Source: Octopus sinensis
Lineage: Eukaryota
Direction: 5' to 3'
Assembly (NCBI RefSeq): GCF_006345805.1
Contig: NC_042998.1
Location: 167,214,001 to 167,278,000, forward strand
Length of the DNA stretch: 64,000 bases
The notes below the pieces were generated by a model. The model was not told the origin of the DNA. It saw nothing but the letters and a program-made list of their open reading frames with translations, and did no database searches. This document shows positions 53,416-64,000 of the stretch, piece by piece. The translations under genes were made by a program, and so were the position numbers. Position 1 is the first letter of the stretch, and the number at the start of each line of letters is the position of its first letter.

Positions 53416-54091
53416 TGACAATATATATATATATATGCACATATCGTTGCTATTATGCAAAAGCGTCTATGTCCAAGACGTCGCTGTTTCAGAAATCGAA
53501 GAAATAGTTCCACCATTCCATAGCAAAACTGTTGTACTACACTTTGACCGTTTTTGATATCTTGACACCTGAAGTAGCTGGAGATACGATAGTTTGACCA
53601 AAAGAACCGGCTCTCGCAAGCAAAAATAAATATTGAAAAAAAGACGCATTTTGCCAAAATTGGATATACGACAGTTTAACATAATAACAACGATATATTT
53701 ATGATGGACACTCTCATCGAAGACGATGCATGAGCGGTTAGCGTTTTGCCAAACGACCTGCAAAAACGATTTGTTTATCGTGATCAAATTGGTCGTGCTG
53801 CATATTTGATCACTCTTTCCGTCAAATTAACGTTGTCTGAACAGTTTGCACGGTGTACCACGCGTTAAGTGTCGAAGTGGTCGCGGTGCAACGTAAGATG
53901 AAGGGTTTTGCTCAAGAACACAACGCATCTTTCGGCCCAGCTATTGAAATCTCCATCTCGCCATATCGCGAGTGCAGCACACTAATCACTATCCCATACG
54001 TCCTCACACACATACACAGAGGCACACACACATACACACACACACACATTCATATATATGTGTATATGTATTACGTATTTATATATATATA

Positions 54092-54334
54092 TATCTGTAA
54101 ATGTAATATGTGACAATTATTTGGTAGCCATGATAAAACTCCGAGTTTCGGATGTCGGGATGGAAATCCACGTCGCCATCTCTTCAGTTATCCGGCCATC
54201 GGAAAAATTTTCACAACATTTTTCCGATGGCCGTATCAATGAAGAGATGGCAGCGTGGATTTCCGCACCGACATCCGAAACTCAGAGTTTTATTATGGCT
54301 TCCGAACAATTGTCACATATTACATTTACAGATA
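54092..54334. repeat. 243-bp near-perfect palindrome made of two inverted hammerhead-bearing arms
   Basis: tatctgtaaatgtaatatgtgacaatt...ggccatcggaaaaat-loop-atttttccgatggcc...aattgtcacatattacatttacagata. Confidence 0.9.
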
Positions 54335-54394
54335 AATTCCTCTATTGTTGTCTTATCATTTCTATCAATATATATATAAATATATATATATATT

Positions 54395-54565
54395 GAGGGA
54401 GAATTCACAAAAAAAAAAACAAAAGACGAAGACAGGTGGTGTAGACAACAAACAGATGTATTAGTATAACGCTCGGGAAGTGAAAATGTTTTTAACGTTT
54501 CAAGCCTACGCTCTTCCACAGAAAGGAACACAGAAAGAAACAAGGAGAGAAAATAAAGAATGTGT
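54395..54565 (-). mobile_element. Solo PLE pLTR-like repeat with hammerhead-like motif
   Basis: Copy of 41335-41495; motif at 54491-54525. Confidence 0.7.
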
Positions 54566-57500
54566 AGTGTCTAGCGATCTATCATTATATGTGTGTGTGT
54601 ATCCATGTGTATGTCTGGATATATATATATGTATATTTGTGTGTGTGCGTGCGTGTGTGTTTGTGTGTGTGTATGTGCGTGTTTGTATGTAGTATGCTTG
54701 CATGTACGACTGTATGTAAATTTTTAAACCAATCGCTCCCACGAGCACATTCAAACCACACTACTATATTTGCTAGGTTAATCAGTCGCCACCTACTTTC
54801 CATTACCGTTCAGCATGGATCTGCACATTCCAGAACAGGAGAGGAATAACGCTTCATATTCCGACTCGGAACTATGTCGCCAACGAGTTTAAATAAACGT
54901 TTTTGCTTCTACTCCGACTCCTGTTCTTAGTTTAGAAATCCGATTTTTATCCGTCATTCAGTCCTTCTCTTTTTTCTTTTCCTTTTTTTTTTTCAGCATC
55001 TAACGTAAAAAGGCTCTAATTGCAATTTTTTTTCACCACTCATTACCGAAACTATAAAAGAAAACATAAACAATAAACAATTGAGCTTTATATGTTATAT
55101 ATGAAAATAAAGAATAAAGAATTCGAGAACGATTGAACAACAAGTTGTAGCAAATTAATGATATAATGATATAATGATATAATGATATAACAGGGAGATT
55201 ACAAGTAGCCAAAATTCAACAATGAAAATCCGAAAAACTTTTGACACAACCTGTTATACGGCTCATTACGTGATATGTATATGACATTTATCGCACATTT
55301 ATAAGCGGTTAGCCATTGAATATTAGTAAGGGATTCACTTGAAACAATTTATAGATTTAAAGATTTATGTGAAACAAGCCCATATGCTTTTTTTCTTGAT
55401 TCTCTTTTCTTTTTTCTTTTCTTATCACCGTTCAGCTCTTCTTTATCTCTTCTTGCACTTCCCACTTGTATCCGATGAATAACTGCCTGAAACTTTATAA
55501 TTTTACTCTATAATTCTTTTCCTATTAACTGTGAACGTCCCTTGGACTTCTGTAGTTGTTTTATTTGTTTTTATGTATTTGATTTGTTTTATGTATGTCT
55601 GTTTTTGCGTGTACGCGTGTGTATATGAGTAAAAGACTGAATTTTCACGGGACTAACAGAAGTAGCTAAGTCCCCTTCGTTTCTGTTATCAGCAGACGAA
55701 AATTGCTGATACCTTGAACAATTCGGCTCTTATGAAAGTGAAATTGGTTTCAGACTGATTCAGGGGCTCTGATTTCAAATGTTTCAATTTTTGCCTAACA
55801 CCTAAATTTCAGCCGCTACGCACTATAGGCCAGAAATATGAAATTCCTCATTTGTAACATTTTAGGAAATGCTACCACATCTTCATTTCAATCCAGATTA
55901 TTAATTCAAAATTGAAATAGCATCTGAAATACATTTTAAAATGTAAGTAGTTAGTGTCTTAAAAAACTTATTTTCCACAAGCATTTAGTTTCTGTGTTAC
56001 AGAAGTGGAATAAAAAGAGCTAGTCTCTAAGGTAATAGGTTAGTAAAAAGGTATAGATACTTCCACCAGCATAAACCAGACATATTAACTGAGACAGTTG
56101 TTGGCATAGCTTTTTTACATAAAATATCAATGACAATAGCTATTACCAGAGGACTAAGGCAGATATAAACTCCTAACCCTCCCTCTTATGTACAATAACC
56201 TCTAAGGTTTGAAAGTTTATGGGACTGGAAGAATAGTTTGAAAGATTTCCTCAGCTAGTCTGTACATAATGCTAACCTAGATGACTGTAGGCATCTGGTT
56301 CTTTATTTATTTTAGTATTTGTATTACTTGTAACTTCAAGCGATTAGTCCTAATTAAAACTAATCTTTATTTATAAACTATCGACTTTATTTATAGCTTG
56401 TCTTTCATTACTAAGTTAAACTTGTAATTTAATATGCCTTTAACTGAAGGGTGTAGGAAGAGAATATTTTACTTATTTTGGAAGGAAACTCGCCGAAATG
56501 GACCATAGATAAAAGCTGTCCCATAGCAGCAACAAACTATCAGCTATTACGTACACCATTTAAGTGATATTTTATGTACTATACTGTTTTTTTTTTTAGA
56601 TGGAATGTGCAAGAATCGATAAAGTTGTATTATAACATAAACTACCTTTTAAAACAACTTTACAGACTACGTCTAATTTCATTCATATAAAAGTTAGTAC
56701 TGTTCCTAAATGTAATAGTCCTGCATCTTTGCTTAAAACAGCTATTGTGTCGTATGGCTGCAACTTCTGATATACAATATGTGTATTTCGTATGCACTAT
56801 ATTGATAAAATATGAAAATGCTTTTCTGAAAAACATTGGCACAAATTCTAACAACAGATTTGAAATCAGCGCCCAAAATTTAGATAAGATGGTCGCCTTT
56901 CATAAAAAAAATAAGTAAATGATTATCAGAAATCTACTGCACAGGTACTGTTTGCCTGGACATTTCCCTCAATTTTGATTGAAAACTATGGCGAACAAAT
57001 TTCCTTGGGATACTAAATCCTACATCTTTTGCTTTATATATTAAAATTCAACCGATGTCAATTTTCGCTCATCATTCATACGGGGCTATAAAATAAGCGT
57101 AGATGTCATACTCAAGTGATTTAATCTGCTATATCATCTACTGAAATCGGTGGTCGTAAATCAATGTTAGAAACCGTTTAATAATGAAGAACATAGTAAT
57201 AAATTAAATCTATAGCGTATGATCTTTTCTGTAGTGCTTGTATATTTCCGAGATAATGGGTAAAGGACGAAAATGAACATCTGAAAAACAGAGAAATCTG
57301 GAAAAATAAGTAACGTTATACTTATACGGAAAATTCATCTACAGGAACTAAGTGAATCAACAGTCATTTTTGACAGTATGTGATTGTATATGAGAGCATA
57401 GGTATGTGTATGTATGTATGTATGTATGTATGTATGTATGTATGTATGTATGGATGGATGGATGGATGGATGGATGGATGGATGGATGGATGGATGGATA

Positions 57501-57751
57501 GATGTATGGATGGATGGATGGATGGATGACTATATTTGTGTATGTATGCATATATATATGACTGTATGTACACTTATATGTACGTATTGTACGTATGCTA
57601 TACATATTTAGCAACAGTCTATGTATCAGCTAATCTGTCAGCCACACCGTATATGTGAGTATTTGTGTACACATGAATATCTATCTATCTATCTATGTAT
57701 CTATCTATCTATTTATCTATCTATCTATATGCCTATCTGCCTATCTGTCTG

Positions 57752-57805
<54 letters not shown>

Positions 57806-57835
57806 GGAGAGACAGAGAGAGAAATAGAATGGTCG

Positions 57836-57894
<59 letters not shown>

Positions 57895-57914
57895 TATGTA
57901 TGTATGTATATTTA

Positions 57915-58555
57915 CAAGAAAAAAGACGAAGACAGAGGAATGAACAACAAGCAGTTGTATTAATTTTGATGGTCGAGAAAGTGAGAAAGTCCTTTACGTT
58001 TCAAGCCTTACTCTTCAGCAGAAAGGAATAAGAGAAAATAAACAGAGAGAAAAAAATTTTTAACTTTTAGATTTAGCGGTCAAGTATGGTGACTAGTTGA
58101 AAAAAAGGTTTGATAGGAGAGGTTGAAGAGAGAAGGTGGGCGGGAGTGAAAAGAGAAAGTGTCAGATAAAGAGAGGAGAGGAGGGGAGTCAGATAAAGAG
58201 AGGAGGGGAGTTGATCCCATGTGACGCAAAGAAGCGAAGAGAGAAGATTAAATCCTGTTCACTGCGAAGGCGAGAGTCCGGATGGCCTCTGTGCAAAGAT
58301 AATCCGAACACAGACGGGTGTTGTAATGAATGACCGGTAGAGCGGAAATGGCACGCGAAAAGAGTGTCATTGCCGAGTCTAATGTCTCAGTGGTGCTCCG
58401 CGAACCGATATATAGAGAAGAACAGAGAGAGCAGGAGATGCAGTAAATGACGTTGCTCGAAGTGCAGGTAAAGGAGTCAGTGTTGTAATATGATTGGGAC
58501 GATGATGGGTGCTTGTGAGGATGAGTGGTGTTGGAGAGGTAGGGGCAAGACCATA
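57915..58555 (-). mobile_element. PLE 3' fragment (GIY-YIG C-terminus plus pLTR with hammerhead-like motif)
   Basis: WSCPYL...DSFTCTSSNVIYCISCSLCSSLYIGS...EQDLIFSL..HGIN. Downstream is ccttt-CTGCTGA-a-GAGT-aag-GCTT-GAAA-CG-TA-aagg (57991-58026). Confidence 0.8.
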
Positions 58556-58734
58556 TTATTATTTCCCAGGTCAAATTATTCATGTATCTCATGTATGGTA
58601 CAAATTGATTCAGAGGTGTTGCTGTGCATAGGGGACACACAGACAACGAATTTTATATTGTAAGATACATATTTTTAAATGTGTGTATATATATATATAT
58701 ATGTGTGTGTGTTTTGTGTGTATGTATATATGTA

Positions 58735-58772
<38 letters not shown>

Positions 58773-58779
58773 GTATATA

Positions 58780-58875
<96 letters not shown>

Positions 58876-59460
58876 TTATACGTATATATATATGTGTATA
58901 TATATATATATAGATAATATATAAATATCTGCACATATACGTACATATATGTACATACCTACATATATATGTATATATACATGCATCTATGGATACAGGA
59001 CATCAAAAAAAAACGCTGAACACAATGAGAAACAAAAACATAAAAAAAAACATAGAAACGAACTTTTTTTCGAACAACGAAAAAAACAAACAAAGAAACG
59101 AAACATATTCCCTTTCTCTAGTTGCCCCTGTTTCAACTACTCCGCATTAGGAAAGCAAGGACAAGACGCGACTTCATTGGTACAATCCTTCCCGCAAAGC
59201 AAATTAAATAAAAAATTTGGGATTTTTTGCGGAGGGTGAAAGTGGTAACAAGAACAGGTCAGTGAGAACAAAACAGTAAAAACAAACGGTGAGGGCTGTT
59301 AAACCAAGACAATAGAAAAATTATTATGAGCGCTAGGAAGACGAGCTTATGAAGGAGACAGTATAAGCACGTTTAGTCTTTAGGAAGGTTGTGGGTAGAA
59401 AGGTAGATTCTCTTTCGTCACGTGTTAGCAACGAGAGAGTCGAGGATGAGGAGTGAGAGA

Positions 59461-59555
59461 GAGGGAATGGTGAAGAGGAGGGGAGAAGAATAGAGAATGG
59501 TGAAGAGGAGGGGAGAAGAATAGGGAATGGTGAAGAGGAGAGGAGAAGAATAGGG
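59461..59555. repeat. 30-bp purine-rich minisatellite, ~3 copies
   Basis: Unit g(g/a)gaatggtgaagaggaggggagaagaata. Confidence 0.85.
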
Positions 59556-60715
59556 AAAAGTGGGAGAGAAAACCAGAAAGGATGAAGAACAAGAGAGGGA
59601 GAGAGATAAACAAAGAAGAGATAGTAAAGATAGAAGAGTGTGCATCGTAATTATTAAGATAAAACTTACTTGGAAAAGGATGCGTGACGTTCGATCATAT
59701 AATATTATAAATAATATATAAATATATGCATGTATACATATATGTACATACCGACACATATATGTTTATATACATGCATATATGGGTACAGGACATCAAA
59801 TAAACGTTGAACACAATGAGAAACGAAAACATGTTTGTATGTATGTGTGCGTGTGTTTTGTGTGTTATCGGATTTATGATAGTTGTATGTATGAGTGTAT
59901 GTTTCTGTTTACATTATAAACTAGATATGTAGACAAATAAACAGACATACAGTCAACCACAGAGAAAGCAAGTGGCGGGATGGATCAACAGTCAGTATTG
60001 TATATGCAGTGAATACGTATGTAAGAGTGTGAGTATATGTACGTGCGTGTGTATGTGTGTGTGTGTATGTATGTACGTACGTATGTATGTATGTATGTAT
60101 GTATGTATGTATGTATGTATGTATGTATGTATGTATGTATGTATGTACGTATGTATGTATATGAACAGGCGTGTATGTTTGTATATCTGCGATAAAGGAT
60201 CTGAAAATCCGTGAACTAGATTTCATTGATCTTTTTTTAACTGCCAATTTACCCGACATTTCAAAAGCGGCATCATGTGAATATATTAAACTAAACACCT
60301 GAAAAAAGGAAACATTCAAGCTTTCAATAGCAATGACACCTGTAACTTTCATTGTCTTAAAGTTAATTAGTCAAATAAAGATTCTTGTTCAGCATATATG
60401 AATGTCAAATAAAGTATTTAAGCGAGCGTATTCGTCAGTTTGTGACGTTGCCGTCATTGTAAACATACGTACATACACACATACATACATACATACATAC
60501 ATACATACATACATACATACATACATACATACATACATGCATGCATATGTGTGTGTGTATATATATATGTGAGTGTGTGTGTGTGTGTGTATGCACATTT
60601 ATATATACATTTGAATATATATATGTATATACATACCTATATTTATTTATGTATGTATGTACGTATCTATGTATAAAGATAGATAGATATAGACACATAC
60701 ACAAACATACACACA

Positions 60716-60812
<97 letters not shown>

Positions 60813-61224
60813 AATTCAACGTCGACTTTCCGGACACTGTTGGCGAGCTGGATCTTATAATCCGCACTAATTTACAAGCAGGGACTTCAAACGACCGAGA
60901 CCGCCAGATTAGTTAGCTGATACCATGATACAGTATTAATAAACTTTTCTATTTTACAGGCATCTGTGTTTCATTTAATTACTAAAGTAAATTTAAAATT
61001 TGTTTAATTATAAATATTTTGACCAAAGTGACCACTCTCGATGTAGAATGTTCAATACCCTGGAAAGACTTAGAAATCAAATGTTCCAGAAAATCGATGA
61101 TGCACTTGTATATACAGGATGCGTAAATATTTTTTGTTTCTTTTGAGGCCGTTTGTATGAGTTTAAAAGATGCATGGAAACAAATTGATACCAATATTCT
61201 TGAGAAGCCTTTAATCATATCTGT

Positions 61225-62190
61225 TGAATGAATCCACCGTTTCAATCTCTAGCTGCTTCAGTACGAGACCGGAAGTGTTCAAATGTCCGAATCAAATGGT
61301 CTTTATCAATTTTGGACATAGTACTGTTTATTGCGGACTTGAGAGATTGTATGGTGTTATGGAGTGTGTGAATTGACCTCTCTCGACTACGCGCCACATG
61401 TACACTGTCCAGTGGATTGAGAGCTGCTGAGCCTAGAGGCCAGGTGACTGGGAGAGCGTGATCATAGAGGTTGGAGCACATTCACGTTTTTGTTGTCCTA
61501 GCCTTATGAGACGTCACTGAGTCCTTTTAGAAGACGTACAGTCTTCCGTTGCGTACTTTATCTATTCAGGGCCTCAACTTTCTCCAACACCTCACTGTAG
61601 ACAGCGGCATTGACTCTTAGGCCCCCTTTAAAAAAAGGGATGTGGCATGGTATCTCTCTAGCTTCTAACAACTCACAGGACGATCACAGTTGTTGGGAAG
61701 TTAGCGTGCATGACCGTTGGAACTTTATTCGGGTCTCTGCATAACCATCCATCTGTCTTTCTTTCGGTTTACCATTTGGCCCTGGTCGAAGGTTTTCTCA
61801 TCGAAGAAAGCCCAAAGCATTTTAGTCCCTCGGTGTATTAATTTTGTTTAGTAAGCTCTTTGCGCGTATCGAACGATTCTCTCTCGTCACATTTGACATA
61901 GACTGACTTCCTTCCGCATCACATACGACTTGTACCTGATGTTCTCATGAACAACTCTTCTGGTTGTGATTTCTGAAACCTTGAGGTACTCTAAAATGGT
62001 TCTCATTGACTTTTCAAGGTTTTATTGATTATTTATTGGACTCTTTGTACAAAGTTAAGTGTTCTGATGATGATAGGACACTGTGCCCGCGTTTTGTGTT
62101 TAGCTGCTGATGTTAAGTCCTCGTCACCAGCTTTCAACTGGAACTACTAAAAATATTAGTTTGTTACTTAGAAACTGATGAGCAACATTA
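61225..62190 (-). mobile_element. Decayed maT/DD37D-like (Tc1/mariner superfamily) transposase
   Basis: Minus strand VVHENIRYKSYVMRK, WAFFDEKTFDQGQMVNRKKDRWLCRDP.KVPTVMHANFP, YVF*KDSVTSHKART, WPLGSAALNPLD, HNTIQSLKSAI. Confidence 0.8.
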
Positions 62191-62329
62191 CAGTTTGTAC
62201 TTAGGAGTAAACAAAACCCCACGCTGAGTTTATTATAGAATGCACAAAATCAGATTAGCGTCAAGGAATGTTGTTTTCACATTTTGCTGGACTTGAATGA
62301 TGATGTAGTACCTATGGTTTACACAAGCT

Positions 62330-63010
62330 TTCCTCTACCCTATGGTCAGGTCCTTGTGCTGTGGTGGTTTGTATGCCCCAATGACTATAAAAGTTATGCC
62401 AGTAGAGTTCAAGCTCCTGGCAGAGCCTCCTGTGCTGCACAGGCCAAAGGACAGAGGCCATATTAATATGGACCAACTCTTCACATAGATACATATAAGG
62501 TTTGCGCAGAGCCAACACACCTACATAAATAGAGCAGTTACAGAAGCATCGATAAAAATTCAAAATCCTTAAGATTTGGGAGAGGATGGCTTTCCCACAT
62601 ATGCGCAAAACCGAAAGGAAGCTAGCCAAAATAGCAGGGATCTAACTGGAGAAATGCAGAAAAGACAACCCAAAGTCGAAAACAGTGGAGAAAAGTCGTC
62701 AAATGGACTATATTCCATAGGGAGCGAAGGATTCAAGTAGTAAGTATGATGGCCCACCTAGACCGGAGATTAATACCATTAATGTTCTTTTTAAACCTTT
62801 GAATGCCAACATCAGCAAAACAAAATATGGGCACGAGTGGGGGAATCGAGAAAGCCAACGCTCTGGTAGTGGACAAGGGTATTGTGAGTAATGCAGGCCG
62901 TTGGTGTTGGACACAGCAAGGGTAACGAGAGGAGGAAAGGTGCATTGGTTGGAGATACCTCAGTAGAGGTGGCACGAGTGCTTCCACCTCTGAGGAGCAC
63001 AGGCCATTAT
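62330..63010 (+). mobile_element. Possible RTE-clade LINE remnant (5' UTR and endonuclease C-terminus)
   Basis: ccccaatgactataaaagttatgccagtagagttcaagctcctggcagagcctcctgtgctgcacaggccaaaggacagaggcca resembles RTE 5' UTRs (from recall). RQMDYI resembles the APE QIDYI motif. Confidence 0.45.
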
Positions 63011-63610
63011 GGTAAAGGTAAAACGACAGAGAGTGATAAGAAAATGCTCGCCCGTAAGTCGAAGTCTAGTGAATTTATGCTAATCTGACGCTTCAGATTA
63101 TTGGAGATACAAATAGCTGTTGATCTTTTATAATTGAAAATTGTACAAAAGAAGATAATGTACCTAACATTGTTTACGAAAGTAAAAGCGATCTTAGACA
63201 CATATGTCGCTATATTTATTTTACATTATTTTTTTGAGACTCTCTATTGTATTTAGTGCGAAATAATATTAAAGTGAATATAATGCAATATGTTTATTTC
63301 AAATCGCCATCATATGTCTTCCCAGCTGTAATTACATCTATTTAAACATGTTATCTCAGAGCTAGTCATTGCCAAAAAAGTATGAATACGAAGTTACTGA
63401 AGAGCTGTTTATACGCAATTTCTGTAACAATGATTAACTTGACACGATTTAGGCATCCAAAATTCTCACACTGTCTACACATAACTGAAAGTGGTGGCCA
63501 CTTTGATGCTATCCTTGCCAATCTAAAGGGCAATTATCACATGTAGCGGCACATCTTTAATGCGAGCTTAGCTATGCATTAATTAGGAACACTGGTATTA
63601 ATTGTAGGTT

Positions 63611-63832
63611 AGGCGGCGAGCTGGCAGAATCGTTAGCACGCCGGGCGAAATAATTAGCGGCATTTCGTCTGTCTTCATGTACTGAGTTCAAATTCTGCCG
63701 AGGTCGACTTTACCTTTCATCCATTCGGAGTCGATAAATTAAGTACCATTTAAGTACTGGGGTCGATGTAATCGACTTACCCCTTTCCTAAAATTCCAGG
63801 CCAGGCCTTGTGCCTATAGTAGAAAGGATATC
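63611..63832 (+). mobile_element. SINE family A, full-length, with 10-bp TSD
   Basis: aggcggcgagctggcagaatcgttagcacgccgggc...; TSD aattgtaggt at 63600 and 63833. Confidence 0.92.
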
Positions 63833-63875
63833 AATTGTAGGTAATTAATATTATATACATACAAATATATATGTA

Positions 63876-63913
<38 letters not shown>

Positions 63914-64000
63914 TGTGTAAGGGTGTTTATTTGTACATGTACATTTATACATATATGTGTGTATATCTGTGCATGTATGTATATGTATAACTCTTTGTAC

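Noticed and set aside
54058-54396. 112-aa ORF across the palindrome
   Set aside because: A by-product of the inverted repeat and flanking microsatellite; no recognisable motif.
55470-55500. CCGATGA...GAAAC hammerhead-like string
   Set aside because: No convincing helix II or helix III.
3496-60870. Dozens of ORFs rich in YI, CV, HT, LSIY or MYVC repeats
   Set aside because: Translations of (TA)n, (TG)n, (GATA)n and (TATG)n microsatellites; not genes.

Overview
Eukaryotic, AT-rich, microsatellite-saturated DNA. The SINE families, Penelope/Helitron/mariner content and GPCR type point to an octopus or other coleoid cephalopod (inference, not verified). Only one intact host gene is supported: a single-coding-exon class A GPCR at 21719-22756 (-). 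The rest is layered mobile DNA. It includes a nearly complete Neptune-type Penelope-like element (PLE; RT + GIY-YIG, ~7180-10800) and several PLE fragments, three Helitrons, R4/Dong-, Hero-like and RTE-like LINE remnants, mariner and maT relics, many tRNA-derived SINEs, and a U6 snRNA copy fused to a SINE. The strongest leads all concern PLE biology. (i) An in-phase U_UUU_UUA slippery heptamer joins an upstream ORF to the RT frame, a candidate -1 ribosomal frameshift. (ii) A fixed-spacing CCAAT/CRE promoter array is followed by TATA, a splice donor and a hammerhead in the 3' pLTR. (iii) About nine minimal hammerhead-ribozyme motifs are dispersed through the window, including non-canonical cores and a 243-bp palindrome of two head-to-head hammerheads. 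Most ORFs in the supplied track are microsatellite artefacts. Boundaries of degraded elements are approximate.
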